NCBI GenBank assembly: GCA_963663235.2
Contig: CAXXNO010000011.1
Span: forward strand, 32,001-96,000
Direction of reading: 5' to 3'
DNA: 64,000 bases
From: Dehalococcoidia bacterium
GTDB lineage: Bacteria; Chloroflexota; Dehalococcoidia; Bin125
Shown here one piece after another: positions 50,242-60,484 of this stretch. The first letter of the stretch is position 1. Each line of letters begins with the position of its first letter. The position numbers and the translations under genes were made by a program. The notes beneath the pieces were generated by a model, which was not told where the DNA came from, did not search any database, and saw only the letters and a program-made list of their open reading frames with translations.

Positions 50242-52074
50242 TCACGTCCGATTCGCGGTCGCCGGCGGCGTCCGCCCGCGGGTGATGGCGCGGCTTTGCT
50301 GCTCTTGGTGGAAGAACTCCAGCCGGTCGCCCGGCTCGAAGTCCTGGAAGCCCTCCACCGCGACGCCGAACTCCTGTCCGGCCTGCACTTCGCGCGCGTC
50401 GTTTTGAAAGCGGCGCAGGCTAGCAATCTTGCCCTCGGCCAGCCGTTGGTCTCCCCGCAACACGCGCACCAGCGCGTCGCGGCGGACGGTCCCTTCTATC
50501 GCGCGGGAGCCGGCCACATTGCCGAGGCGGCGGATGGCGAAGATCTGCAGCACCTCGGCCTGCGCGTCCACCACGTCCACCACGATCGGTTCGAGCAGGC
50601 CGCTGAGCGCCGCGTCGACCTCCTCCACCACCTTGTAGATCACGTCATAGCGGCGGATCTCGATGCCTTCCGCGGCGGCGAGCTTGGCCGCCCCGGGCGC
50701 GGCCTCCGTGTTGAAGGTGAGCACGATCCCTTTGGCCGCCAGGGCCAAGTTCACGTCGCTCTCGGTGACCGCGCCAACTGCGCCGTGGATCACCTTCACG
50801 CGGACCTCGTCGCCGGATAGCTGTTCCAGCGCGGTGCGGATCGGATCGACGCTGCCCTGGACATCGGTCTTCAGAATCAGGTTGAGCTCGCGGGTTGTGC
50901 CACGGCTGATCTCGCCAAAGAGCGCGTCCAGGCTGGCGGCATGGCCGACTTTCGCCGCGGCGGTCTCGCGGACGCGTTTGGCGCTCTCGTAGATGGCCTT
51001 GGCCTCTCGCTCGTTCTTCATGACGCGGAAGCGGTCACCAGCCTCGGCGATATCTTGGATACCAAGGATGGACACCGGGGTCGAGGGTCCGGCCGCGGTG
51101 ATGCGCCGGCCGCGAAAATCCAGCAGGGCCTTGACTTTGCCCCACGTTTCGCCGACCAAGAGCGTCGCGCCCGGCCGCAGGGTTCCCCGCTGCACGAGCA
51201 CGGTTGTCCGCGACCCCTGGCGGCGGTCGAGTTCCGCCTCCAAGACCACGCCGTCCGCGATGCGGTCTGGGTTACCTTTGAGATCTTGCAGCTCGGCGAC
51301 CAGCAGGATCGTCTCGAGGAGGTTGTCCAGCCCTTCGCGCGTCACGGCGGACACGGGAACCAGCGGAACATCGCCGCCGTACTCCTCAATCACGACCTCT
51401 CGTTCGGTGAGTTGGGACTTGACGCGATCCGGGTTGGCGTTGGGGAGATCGATCTTGTTGAGGGCGACGATCATCGGCACACCGGCGGCGCGAATGTGAT
51501 CGATCGCCTCGATCGTCTGCGGCATCACGCCATCATCCGCTGCGACGACGAGGACGGCGATATCCGTGGCTCCGACACCGCGGGCCCGCATCTGCGTAAA
51601 CGCCTCGTGGCCGGGCGTGTCCAGGAAGGTGATCAACTGGTCGTTACACATCGCCTGATAGGCGCCGATGTGCTGCGTGATGCCGCCCGCCTCGCCGGCG
51701 GTCACGCGTGTATCGCGGACCAAGTCGAGCAGGCTGGTCTTGCCATGGTCGACGTGACCGAGCAGCGCCACGACCGGATGGCGCGGCCGCAGGGAAGCGG
51801 CCGCGTCCGGCGTTTCGTCGGCGAAGAGGTCAATGGTTGCGGATGCGGCCGGGTCTTCCAGGACTTCGCCGCCTTGCGTTGGCTGGAAGCCGAACTGCGT
51901 GGCGATCATCGCCGCGGTGTCGTAGTCGATCGTTTTCGTGACGTCCGCCATGACGCTGCTTGCGATCAAGGTCTTGACGATCTGCACGCCCGTGACGCCG
52001 AGGAGGTCGGCGAGCTCGCGCACCGTCAGCGTGCGGGGGATCTGAACGGGCTTCTCGCCAGCTTCAGTCGTCAT
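50242..52074 (-). CDS. infB: Translation initiation factor IF-2
   Basis: 'GHVDHGKT', 'GITQHIGAY', 'DTPGHEAF', 'NKID'. Confidence 0.96.
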   Translation of the reverse strand: MTTEAGEKPVQIPRTLTVRELADLLGVTGVQIVKTLIASSVMADVTKTIDYDTAAMIATQFGFQPTQGGEVLEDPAASATIDLFADETPDAAASLRPRHPVVALLGHVDHGKTSLLDLVRDTRVTAGEAGGITQHIGAYQAMCNDQLITFLDTPGHEAFTQMRARGVGATDIAVLVVAADDGVMPQTIEAIDHIRAAGVPMIVALNKIDLPNANPDRVKSQLTEREVVIEEYGGDVPLVPVSAVTREGLDNLLETILLVAELQDLKGNPDRIADGVVLEAELDRRQGSRTTVLVQRGTLRPGATLLVGETWGKVKALLDFRGRRITAAGPSTPVSILGIQDIAEAGDRFRVMKNEREAKAIYESAKRVRETAAAKVGHAASLDALFGEISRGTTRELNLILKTDVQGSVDPIRTALEQLSGDEVRVKVIHGAVGAVTESDVNLALAAKGIVLTFNTEAAPGAAKLAAAEGIEIRRYDVIYKVVEEVDAALSGLLEPIVVDVVDAQAEVLQIFAIRRLGNVAGSRAIEGTVRRDALVRVLRGDQRLAEGKIASLRRFQNDAREVQAGQEFGVAVEGFQDFEPGDRLEFFHQEQQSRAITRGRTPPATANRT

Positions 52075-52378
52075 CGGCGGCTCCGTTCCCGTCGGCGGCC
52101 AGACGCAGGGCGTAGTCGCGCAAGCGCCGGCGGTCGGTCTCGTTCAGGGCCGTGCGCAAGGCTACGCCCAAGCGGTCGCCCTGGAGCGCCGCCGTCCAGC
52201 ATGGCGGCCGGGGGCAGAGGTAGCCGCCGCGGCCGGGGGCCCGGCCGCGGGAGTCGACGACGACCGCACCCTCGCGCGTGCGCACCACGCGCAGCAAGGC
52301 GCTCTTGTCGGTCGTGCTGCGACAACCGACGCACGTCCGTTGCGGGAGGCGCGGGGCTGGAGTCTTGGTCTCGACCAT
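52064..52378 (-). CDS. ylxR: YlxR (DUF448) family protein
   Basis: 'PQRTCVGCR', 'PGRGGYLC'; canonical position between nusA and infB. Confidence 0.9.
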   Translation of the reverse strand: MVETKTPAPRLPQRTCVGCRSTTDKSALLRVVRTREGAVVVDSRGRAPGRGGYLCPRPPCWTAALQGDRLGVALRTALNETDRRRLRDYALRLAADGNGAADDD

Positions 52379-52407
52379 CGGCCTTCTTGCACGCTGTGGG
52401 ATCCGGG

Positions 52408-53868
52408 TTACTCGTCGTCCTTGTTGTACTCGGCGTACGGATCTTCATCCAGCCCTTCGTCGCTCTCGACGTACTGCTTGACTCGCTTTTTCTTGCGCGG
52501 CCGCTGCGGTTCCTCCGTTGGGCGTGCCAAGACGTCTTCCGCGAAGCGGATCCGGCCGGGCTCAGAGGCAACGGTCGCCACCTCGACCGCGGCCAGGGCC
52601 GGCTCGAACTGCTCCTCGGGCTCTTGAGCGGCCTCTTCTTCCCCGCCTGCTGCCTCGCGCCGGTCCGGTTGTGCGGCAGACTCGACGGCGGCGGCCACGA
52701 GTTCCGGCTCCTCGGCGGCGGCCGGCGTTGGCGCGGCCTGAGGGGCCTCGGCCTCCGGCGGGGCGGCCTCGGCGACCGGCAGCTCCGGCTGCGGGGCCAG
52801 CGGTCCGACTCCGTCCTCCGCCAGCTTCTCCGCCAGGGAGAGCGGCTTGATGTCGATGCGCATCCCCGTCAGACGGGCCGCCAGGCGGGCGTTCTGCCCC
52901 TCCTTGCCGATGGCCAGGGACAGCTGCGTATCCGGCACGGCGATCTCGGCCGTGTTCGTCTCTGGATCCACGCGGACGGCCACCACCTGGGCGGGCCCCA
53001 GCGCGTGGGCGACGTAGCGGCGCGGATCACGGTCCCACTGGATCACGTCCACGCGCTCCCCCTGGAGCTCGTTGACGATGTTCTGGATGCGGACGCCGCG
53101 CATGCCGACGCAGGCGCCCACTGGATCCAGCCCTTCCTGGTGACTGTGGACGGCGATCTTGGTGCGATGCCCAGGCTCGCGGGCCACGCCCATGATCTCG
53201 ACCAGGCCGCGCAGAATCTCCGGCACTTCCAGCTCAAAGAGCCGACGAATCAGATTCTTGTGGGTGCGCGAGACCACGACTTGCGGCCCCTTGTTGGTCT
53301 TGAGGACCTCCAGCAGATACACGCGGATGCGCTGGCCCGGCCGGGGGTGCTCCATGCGGACCTGCTCCGTGGGCGGCAGGACGGCTTCCGTGCGGCCGAG
53401 GTCAATGATCACCTGGCGCGCCTCTATGCGCTGCACCACGCCGGACAGGATGTCCCCCTCTTGGCCTGAGTACTCGTCGTAGACGACCTCGCGCTCGGCC
53501 TCGCGGAGTCGCTGGAGCACGACCTGTTTGGCGGTCTGGGCCGCGATGCGGCCAGCGTCGCCCACGGTTTCTTCGCGCGTGAGCGTGTCGCCTATCTGGA
53601 TGTCTGCCTGGATGCCGCGGGCGCGGTCAAGGTCGATCTGGAGGTCTTTGTCGGCGATATCCTCTTCCACCTCGACCACTTCGCGCTCAGACCAGACCCT
53701 GAGAGCGCCCGAGATGCGATCGATACGAACGTGCGTTTCGCCTTGGATCTCGTAGTCGCGTTTGTAGGCCGCGGCCAGCCCGGACTCCACCGCTTCGAAG
53801 ACCACGTCTTCCGGCAGATTCTTTTCCGATGTGAGCTGGGTAATGGCTGTCAGGAAGTCAGGAGTCAT
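52408..53868 (-). CDS. nusA: Transcription factor NusA
   Basis: '[10 protein letters not shown]', S1/KH domains, '[12 protein letters not shown]'; acidic low-complexity tail. Confidence 0.96.
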   Translation of the reverse strand: MTPDFLTAITQLTSEKNLPEDVVFEAVESGLAAAYKRDYEIQGETHVRIDRISGALRVWSEREVVEVEEDIADKDLQIDLDRARGIQADIQIGDTLTREETVGDAGRIAAQTAKQVVLQRLREAEREVVYDEYSGQEGDILSGVVQRIEARQVIIDLGRTEAVLPPTEQVRMEHPRPGQRIRVYLLEVLKTNKGPQVVVSRTHKNLIRRLFELEVPEILRGLVEIMGVAREPGHRTKIAVHSHQEGLDPVGACVGMRGVRIQNIVNELQGERVDVIQWDRDPRRYVAHALGPAQVVAVRVDPETNTAEIAVPDTQLSLAIGKEGQNARLAARLTGMRIDIKPLSLAEKLAEDGVGPLAPQPELPVAEAAPPEAEAPQAAPTPAAAEEPELVAAAVESAAQPDRREAAGGEEEAAQEPEEQFEPALAAVEVATVASEPGRIRFAEDVLARPTEEPQRPRKKKRVKQYVESDEGLDEDPYAEYNKDDE

Positions 53869-53905
53869 ATCACCACCGGCTGGGCATCCCGGTCTCCAAA
53901 CGAGA

Positions 53906-53964
53906 GAAGGTGGGCAGAGCCCACCTTCAGCGAAGAACGCTTAGGATTCTTATCAAGTATAGCA
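53906..53964 (-). promoter_or_regulatory. nusA promoter (extended -10) and rimP/nusA-leader-type hairpin
   Basis: Minus-strand TGCTATACT (53956-53964); perfect 10-bp hairpin GAAGGTGGGC-N3-GCCCACCTTC (53906-53928). Confidence 0.65.
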
Positions 53965-53995
53965 AACGCCGCAGAGGCCCGCCATGCAGGAAGGG

Positions 53996-55711
53996 TCACG
54001 GCGACTCTGGGTCGTCGAGTGCATGCTCGATCGCTTCGAGGAGTTGGGACTGCGGCGCCTTGAGGGCGTCCGGCTGGTCGCGGCGCTTGAATTCCACGAC
54101 GCTTTCTTTCAGGTTGCGCGGGCTGACCGTGAGGCGGAGCGGCATTCCCAGAAGGTCGGCGTCGTTGAATTTGACCCCGGGGCGCTCGTCCCGGTCGTCC
54201 GTCAGGACGGCGAGACCGGCCGCCTCCAATGCGCGCTCGACGGATTCCGTGGCGGCGCGGACGTCCGCGTCCGCGAAGCCAATGGCGACGATGTGGACAT
54301 CGTAGGGAGCGACGGAGCGGGGCCAGCGGATGCCTTGCTCATCGTGGTTGGCCTCGATCACGGCGGCCAGCAGCCGCTCCACGCCGATGCCGTAGCAGCC
54401 CATGATCGGCAGCTGCTGCTGGCCGCCAGCGTCCAGGAAGGTGGCGCGCATCGCTTCGCTGTAGACCGTGCCGAGCTTGAAGACGTGGCCCAGCTCGATG
54501 GCCCGACGCAGCTCCAGCGGATCGCCGCAGCGCGGACAGGGGTCCCCGGCGCGGGCCAGCCCGATGTCGCCCACGACGGCAGCGGACCAGTCGCGCTCGT
54601 AGTTGACGTTGCGCAAGTGCGTGTCCGGCTTGTTCGCTCCGGCGACGAGGTTGGACGCCTCCGTGATGGACACGTCGGCGACCACGCGAACGCCTTGGAG
54701 GCCCACGGGCGAGGCATAGCCGGCCACCCAGCCGGCGGCCTCGACTTCGGCCTCGTCCATCGGGCGCAGGTCATGGGCCTTGAGCAGGTTTCGGAGCTTG
54801 ACCTCATTGACCTCCAGGTCGCCGCGGATGACGGCGAAGACCGGCTCGCCGTCCGCCATGTAGAAGAGCGCCTTGGCGGTCTGGCGAGGCGGGATGCTCA
54901 GGGAGGCGGAGAGGTCGGCGATGGTGGTGATCCCGGGGGTGGCGACCTCTTCCATGGGGAGGGGGTCGGCGGTGTCGGGGCCACCGCGGTTGAACTCGGC
55001 GCGCTCGGTGTTGGCCCCGTAGTGGCAGCGGGGACAGGTGACGATGGTGTCCTCACCGATGTCTGACAGAAAGACGAACTCCTGTGAGATCTTGCCGCCG
55101 ATAGCCCCGGAGTCCGCCTCCACGGCGAGGGAGGGGACGCCGCAGCGACGGAAGACGTTGGCATAGGCGGCGGTCATCGAGTCGTAGGAGGCGGTGAAGC
55201 CGGCTTCGTCCAGGTCGAACGAGTAGGCGTCTTTCATGATGAACTGGCGGACCCGGATGAGGCCGCCGCGCGGGCGCGGCTCGTCACGGAACTTGTGCTG
55301 GATCTGATAGAGGTTGATCGGCAAGTCTCGGTACGACTGGACCGTGTTGCGCACGAGGTCGGTGACGGCCTCCTCGTGCGTGGGTGCGAGCACCAGCTCG
55401 CGGTCGCGCCGGTCGCGCAGGCGGAAGAGGACGTCGCCGTAGTCCTCGTAGCGGCCGGTCTCCTTCCAGAGCTCCGCCGGCTGGATGATTGGCATCAGGA
55501 GCTCTTGTGCGCCGGCGCTGTCCATCTCGTCGCGGATGATGGCCTCGATCCTGCGAAGGGCGCGCCAGCCCAGCGGCAGGTAGGAGTACACGCCGGCGGC
55601 GAGCTGGGCCACGAGGCCGGCGCGGAGGAGCAACTGGTGGTTGGCGGTCTCGGCCTCGGCCGGGGCCTGGCGCAGCGTGCGCCCGAACATCGCGCTCATG
55701 CGAGTGGCCAT
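53996..55711 (-). CDS. proS: Proline--tRNA ligase with editing (INS) domain
   Basis: 'LAPTHEE', 'KFRDEPRPRGGLIR', 'ELGHVFKLG', 'MGCYGIG'. Confidence 0.96.
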   Translation of the reverse strand: MATRMSAMFGRTLRQAPAEAETANHQLLLRAGLVAQLAAGVYSYLPLGWRALRRIEAIIRDEMDSAGAQELLMPIIQPAELWKETGRYEDYGDVLFRLRDRRDRELVLAPTHEEAVTDLVRNTVQSYRDLPINLYQIQHKFRDEPRPRGGLIRVRQFIMKDAYSFDLDEAGFTASYDSMTAAYANVFRRCGVPSLAVEADSGAIGGKISQEFVFLSDIGEDTIVTCPRCHYGANTERAEFNRGGPDTADPLPMEEVATPGITTIADLSASLSIPPRQTAKALFYMADGEPVFAVIRGDLEVNEVKLRNLLKAHDLRPMDEAEVEAAGWVAGYASPVGLQGVRVVADVSITEASNLVAGANKPDTHLRNVNYERDWSAAVVGDIGLARAGDPCPRCGDPLELRRAIELGHVFKLGTVYSEAMRATFLDAGGQQQLPIMGCYGIGVERLLAAVIEANHDEQGIRWPRSVAPYDVHIVAIGFADADVRAATESVERALEAAGLAVLTDDRDERPGVKFNDADLLGMPLRLTVSPRNLKESVVEFKRRDQPDALKAPQSQLLEAIEHALDDPESP

Positions 55712-55755
55712 GGTGCAGCGAGCCTAGCCAACGTTGCGGCGGCGGGCCAGCGGCA

Positions 55756-56145
55756 TCAGGGCGTCGGCGGGTCGTTTGACGTGGCGGGCGGCGGATCGGC
55801 CGGTAGGGCCGTCGCGATGCGCCTCTCCCTGACCTCGTCGTCGCGGACGGCCAAGGGCGCGAAGCGTCGGCCCAGGGCGTACTGGTCCCAGACCTGGTAG
55901 GCGAGCGCGCTGAGCAGCGCCCCACCCACGAAGGCCGTGGCCATGCTCACGCCGATGCCCGCGCCCGTGTCCACGCCCAGGACGGGCACCAGGACGCCGC
56001 CGCCGGCGCCGCCGAGGAGGGCGAACGGCAGGGCCCAGATCGCGCCGTACGCCCGGCGCCGGACCCCGAGCACGATCCAGGGGAGCGCGCCCAGCAGGCA
56101 CCAGGTGAGGAAAAAGAGGGTGAGGAAGATGGCGTCGAAGAGCAC
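55756..56145 (-). CDS. Small membrane protein (about 3 TM)
   Basis: Hydrophobic Gly-rich segments; TACGCT -10-like hexamer 7 nt before the GTG. Confidence 0.65.
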   Translation of the reverse strand: MLFDAIFLTLFFLTWCLLGALPWIVLGVRRRAYGAIWALPFALLGGAGGGVLVPVLGVDTGAGIGVSMATAFVGGALLSALAYQVWDQYALGRRFAPLAVRDDEVRERRIATALPADPPPATSNDPPTP

Positions 56146-56258
56146 GGGGGCCAGCGTACGCGGTTCGATCCGAGCATGCCGTTGCGAGCCATCACTTGCT
56201 ATCCTGCGTCCCGCGACCGTGCGAAGATTGCGACGCGCGGGCGATAGAGGTGACCCGG

Positions 56259-57407
56259 ATGAAGCGAAATCCGACGCGGCCGGTCCAGGTGGGCCCGATC
56301 ACGATCGGCGGCGGGGCGCCGATCGCCGTGCAGTCCATGGCGGCGACGCGGACCCAGGACGTCGAGGCCACGGTGCGCCAGGTGAACCTGATCCAGGAGG
56401 CGGGGGCAGACCTGGTCCGCATCGCCGTGGATTCCAAGAAGGACGTGGAGGCGCTGGCGGAGGTGCGGGCGCGGACCCGCGCGACCCTTTCAGTGGACCT
56501 GCAAGAGAACTACCGCCTGGCGCCGTTGGTGGCGCCCTACGTGGACAAGCTGCGCTACAACCCCGGCCACTTGCACCACCACGAGAAGCAGAAGCCGGTG
56601 CGGGACAAGGTGGCCTTCCTCGCCGAGACGGCCGCGAAGAACGACTGCGCGCTCCGCGTGGGCGTCAACTGCGGGTCGGTGGACCCGCGTTTGCAAGAGC
56701 GATACGGGAGCGATCACGTCGGTGCGATGGTGGCCAGCGCGCTGGAGCACTGCGCCCTGCTGGACGATCTGGGCTTTCAGCGCTACGTGGTGTCGCTGAA
56801 GGACTCCGACTGGCGCAAGGTGGTGGAAGGGAACCGTCGCTTTGCGGCCGAGCGGCCGGACGTGCCCATCCACCTGGGCGTCACCGAGGCGGGCATGCCG
56901 CCGGAGGGCGAGATCAAGACACGGGTCGCCTTTGAGCAGGTGCTCACCGAGGGAATCGGCGACACCGTGCGCGTGTCGCTCACGGTGCCGTTCGAGGAGA
57001 AGGGCCGCGAGGTGACGGTGGCCCGCGAGATCCTGGCGGACATCGCCGCCGGACGCTTCCGTTCCGTCCCCGCGTCTCTGGACCAGGGGCTGAACATCAT
57101 CTCCTGCCCCTCCTGCTCGCGCGTGGAGAACGAGGCCTTCATCGATCTGGCGCGCGACGTGAAGGAGCTGACCGCCTACGCCCAGGAGTACGACATCACG
57201 ATCGCCGTGATGGGCTGTCGGGTGAACGGGCCGGGTGAAACCGATGGCGCCGATCTGGGCCTCTGGTGCGGGCCGGCGGCCGTGAACCTTAAGCGCGGGT
57301 CGGAGACCATCGGCGCCTATCCGTATGACCGGGTGCTCGGTGAATTGCGGGTCGCGCTGGATGCCGTGATCGCGGAGCGGCGCGCCGGCAGCGGCGTACG
57401 CGCCTAG
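56259..57407 (+). CDS. ispG: HMBPP synthase (atypical sequence type)
   Basis: 'IAVQSM', 'RYNPG', 'RVGVNCGS', 'HLGVTEAG', '[11 protein letters not shown]', 'SCPSCSR', '[12 protein letters not shown]'. Confidence 0.93.
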   Translation: MKRNPTRPVQVGPITIGGGAPIAVQSMAATRTQDVEATVRQVNLIQEAGADLVRIAVDSKKDVEALAEVRARTRATLSVDLQENYRLAPLVAPYVDKLRYNPGHLHHHEKQKPVRDKVAFLAETAAKNDCALRVGVNCGSVDPRLQERYGSDHVGAMVASALEHCALLDDLGFQRYVVSLKDSDWRKVVEGNRRFAAERPDVPIHLGVTEAGMPPEGEIKTRVAFEQVLTEGIGDTVRVSLTVPFEEKGREVTVAREILADIAAGRFRSVPASLDQGLNIISCPSCSRVENEAFIDLARDVKELTAYAQEYDITIAVMGCRVNGPGETDGADLGLWCGPAAVNLKRGSETIGAYPYDRVLGELRVALDAVIAERRAGSGVRA

Positions 57408-57644
57408 CGCGGCGCGCTCTCCTAGCGCAGCGCGCTCTCCTAGCGCAGGGCGCTCTCCTAGCGCAGGGCGCTCTCCTAGCGCAGGGCGCTCTCCTAGCGC
57501 AGGGCGCTCTCCTAGCGCAGGGCGCTCTCCTAGCGCAGGGCGCTCTCCTAGGGCGCTCTCCTAGCGCAGGGCGCTCTCCGCGCTCTCCTAGCGCAGGGCG
57601 CTCTCCTAGCGCAGCAGGGCGCTCTCCTAGCGCAGGGCGCTCTC
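57404..57644. repeat. Tandem 18-bp array (CTAGCGCAGGGCGCTCTC)n, about 13 units
   Basis: Units start at 57404, 57422, 57440, 57458, 57476, 57494, 57512, 57530, 57548 (13 nt), 57561, [9-nt partial at 57579], 57588, 57606 (21 nt), 57627. Confidence 0.95.
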
Positions 57645-59327
57645 CCCATCCACGACGCGCAGGATGTCGAAGTAGCTCACGATCACCACGAACATCAGGA
57701 TCAGGACGAACCCGGCGAGGTGGACCAGGCCCTCTTTCTCCGGAGAGATGCGTCGCCCTCCGCGCAGGATCTCGATCAGCACAAACATGATCCGGCCCCC
57801 GTCCAGCATGGGCAGCGGCAGGATGTTGATGATCGCCAGGTTGATGCTGAGCAGCGCCGCCAGTTCGATCAGCCGCAGCCAGCCCACTTCCCTCACCACT
57901 TCGCCCGTGGTCTGGGCGATGCCGATGGGCCCGGAGAGCTGCAACGGCTCGCCCCCCGCAATCCAGGAGCGGATGCGGTTGCGCATCAAGATCAGGGTGT
58001 CCATGGTCCGGTCCCAGCCGGAGCCGACGGCGCTGAAGAACCCCTCGCTCGCATTCACGGTGGTGCGGCGCAGGTTGGTGATGGTGATGCCGGTGGGCCC
58101 TTGCGGGATGGTGACGAGCGTGCCCGGTGCGAGGTGCAGCGGATCGATGCCGGCGGCGTCCAGCACGACCGTCGACCGGATCCCCAGATCGCGCGCGACG
58201 CTCTCCGCCGTGTCGTCCGGCTGGGTGAGGTAGCGTTGGCCGTCGGGTAGCAAGAGCTCAACGCCGGGCTCGAGCGGGATTCCGTTGGTGAAGCCGGCGC
58301 CGGCCAGGACCTGGCTGGCGCTGACGCCGAGGATCTCCGCCACGTCGTGAACCGTTTCGCCGGGCTGAACTACGTGCTCCAGCTGGTCGGGCGCTAGGCG
58401 GGCGCGGACGATGGTCTCGAAGCGCTCGCGCTCGGCGCTGGCGCGTTGCGTGGCGGTCTCCTGGACGACGTCCCGCTCGACGACGACGCTGATGTCCTCG
58501 CCGACGTTGAGCTGAATCGCCAGGCTGAGGTCGGAGGCGTTGCGGATTGGGTCGCCGTTGACGCTGATGACCTCATCACGAGGTTGCAGGCCGGCCTGGT
58601 CGGCCGGGCCGCCGCCCACGACCGAGGTGATGATGGCGGGGCCCTCGGCCACGGGCTGGGGGATCATCACGGCGATGGCGAAAAGGATGATCGGGAGCAC
58701 GAAGTTCACGCCCGCGCCTGCCGCCATCACGGCGATGCGCACGGGGCGCGGCTTGGTGGCGAGCGAGCGGGGGTCCGGGCCGACCTGGATCCCGGCGATG
58801 TGGCTGATGGCGGCGGCGGCCTTGCGCGAGCTGATGGAGTCGATCTCGCTGCCGGGCGGTGGCTCCAAGGTGAGGGTCTGGCGCTCCAACGTGGGACCGC
58901 GATCGCCGGCGATCTCGCGATCGACGAGCAGCTCGATCGGGCCCTCGCTCTCGTCGTCTAGCAGAGCGATGCCCAGGTTCTGGGCCAGCTGCTCCTGGCT
59001 GTGAACGGGGACGCCGTTGACCTCCAGGATTACATCGTTGGAGCGCAGGCCGGCGCGGTCCGCGGGACCGAAGCGGTTGATCTGCGTCACGAAGACGCGA
59101 GCGCTCTCCTCCCCGGTGAGGCGGACGAAGCCCCCGAGGGGGAGCCAGTTGATGGAGTAGAGCGTCTCGCCGAAGCGGATGCCCCCGATGCGCGGCGGCA
59201 TGCCTATGCCGAACTCCTCCACCCGCACGCCGGCCATCTTGGCGACCACGAAGTGGCCGAGCTCATGCAGGATGATCAAGCCGAGCAAGATGCCGACGAA
59301 GGGCAGGACGGATTCGATCACGGTCAT
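57627..59327 (-). CDS. rseP: RseP/RasP site-2 protease (M50) with two PDZ and two LysM-like domains
   Basis: 'HELGH', 'PLGGFVRL', 'SGPIGI', 'NILPLPMLDGG'; canonical position after dxr. Confidence 0.92.
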   Translation of the reverse strand: MTVIESVLPFVGILLGLIILHELGHFVVAKMAGVRVEEFGIGMPPRIGGIRFGETLYSINWLPLGGFVRLTGEESARVFVTQINRFGPADRAGLRSNDVILEVNGVPVHSQEQLAQNLGIALLDDESEGPIELLVDREIAGDRGPTLERQTLTLEPPPGSEIDSISSRKAAAAISHIAGIQVGPDPRSLATKPRPVRIAVMAAGAGVNFVLPIILFAIAVMIPQPVAEGPAIITSVVGGGPADQAGLQPRDEVISVNGDPIRNASDLSLAIQLNVGEDISVVVERDVVQETATQRASAERERFETIVRARLAPDQLEHVVQPGETVHDVAEILGVSASQVLAGAGFTNGIPLEPGVELLLPDGQRYLTQPDDTAESVARDLGIRSTVVLDAAGIDPLHLAPGTLVTIPQGPTGITITNLRRTTVNASEGFFSAVGSGWDRTMDTLILMRNRIRSWIAGGEPLQLSGPIGIAQTTGEVVREVGWLRLIELAALLSINLAIINILPLPMLDGGRIMFVLIEILRGGRRISPEKEGLVHLAGFVLILMFVVIVSYFDILRVVDGESALR

Positions 59328-60484
59328 GCGCGGACCGCCAGCCATTCGGTGGCGAAACGCCGGGCGCAGGCATCCGCCTCATCGATCGCGGCCAGATCGG
59401 GCTCGGGCTCGGACACGGGATCGTGGGCGGCGAGTGTCGCTTCGATCAGGGCCGGGATCTCCGTGAAGCGGAGGCGGCGCTCCAGGAACGCCTCCACGGC
59501 CACCTCATCGGCGGCCGCGAGGACCGCGGGGTAGGTGGCGCCGCGGTGGCCGGCGTCCATGGCCAGGCGCAGGCAGGGGTAGCGCTCCAGGTCGGGCGTC
59601 TTGAACGTGAGGGTGCCCAGGGCGGCGAGGTCCAGCGGCGCCACGGTTGGCGCGAGCCGCTGGGGATAGCTGAGGGCGCACTGGATGGGCAGGCGCATGT
59701 CCGGGTTGCCCAGTTGGGCCTTGACGGAGCCGTCACACAACTCGACGAGCGAGTGCACGATGGACTCGCCGTGCTGGATGACCTCCACGCGCTCGTACGG
59801 CACATCGAAGAGCCAGCGGGCCTCGATGGTCTCCATCCCCTTGTTCAGCAGCGTGGCGGAGTCGATGGTGATCTTCTTGCCCATTCGCCAGGTGGGGTGG
59901 CGCAAGGCCTGCTCTGGCGTGACGTCGGGAAGCGCGTCGAGGGGCAGATCGCGGAGCGCGCCCCCCGATGCGGTCAGGATGATCCGGCGGATGGCGTTGC
60001 CTTCTTCCCCCCAGAGGCACTGCCAGATGGCGCTGTGCTCGGAATCGATCGGCCGCAGATCGCCGCCCCCGCGGTCGGCGGCACGGCGCACCAGGTGCCC
60101 CGCCATCACAATCACCTCTTTATTCGCCAGGGCCACCGCCCGCCCGCGCTCAAGCGCGGTCAACGTGGGCTCCAGGCCGGCGCGCCCGGCGGTGCCGACC
60201 ACCAGCACTTCCAAGTCGGGGTGGGCCGCCATCTCTATCATCGACACGACGGTCGCGCCGATTTCGCCGGCGAGGCGGCGAAGCGCGTCGGGGTCGGCGC
60301 CATCGCAGCAGAGCAGGGGGGGTCGGAATTCGCGCGCTTGCCGGGCGAGGAGGTCGAAATTCCGGCCTGCGGCGAGCCCGAGGAGCTCAAAGCGCCCGTT
60401 CAGCGATCGGATGACGTCCAGTGTCTGGGTCCCGATGCTGCCGGTGCTGCCCAGGACGGTGACACGGGTTAGAGAACAACCCAT
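59324..60484 (-). CDS. dxr: 1-deoxy-D-xylulose-5-phosphate reductoisomerase
   Basis: 'LGSTGSIG', 'LANKE', 'PIDSEHSAI', 'HPTWRMGKKITIDSAT'; exact start uncertain. Confidence 0.95.
   Translation of the reverse strand: MGCSLTRVTVLGSTGSIGTQTLDVIRSLNGRFELLGLAAGRNFDLLARQAREFRPPLLCCDGADPDALRRLAGEIGATVVSMIEMAAHPDLEVLVVGTAGRAGLEPTLTALERGRAVALANKEVIVMAGHLVRRAADRGGGDLRPIDSEHSAIWQCLWGEEGNAIRRIILTASGGALRDLPLDALPDVTPEQALRHPTWRMGKKITIDSATLLNKGMETIEARWLFDVPYERVEVIQHGESIVHSLVELCDGSVKAQLGNPDMRLPIQCALSYPQRLAPTVAPLDLAALGTLTFKTPDLERYPCLRLAMDAGHRGATYPAVLAAADEVAVEAFLERRLRFTEIPALIEATLAAHDPVSEPEPDLAAIDEADACARRFATEWLAVRA

Noticed and set aside
57404-57644. CRISPR array
   Set aside because: Units are directly adjacent with no unique spacers, are only 18 bp, derive from the rseP 3' end, and no cas genes are present.
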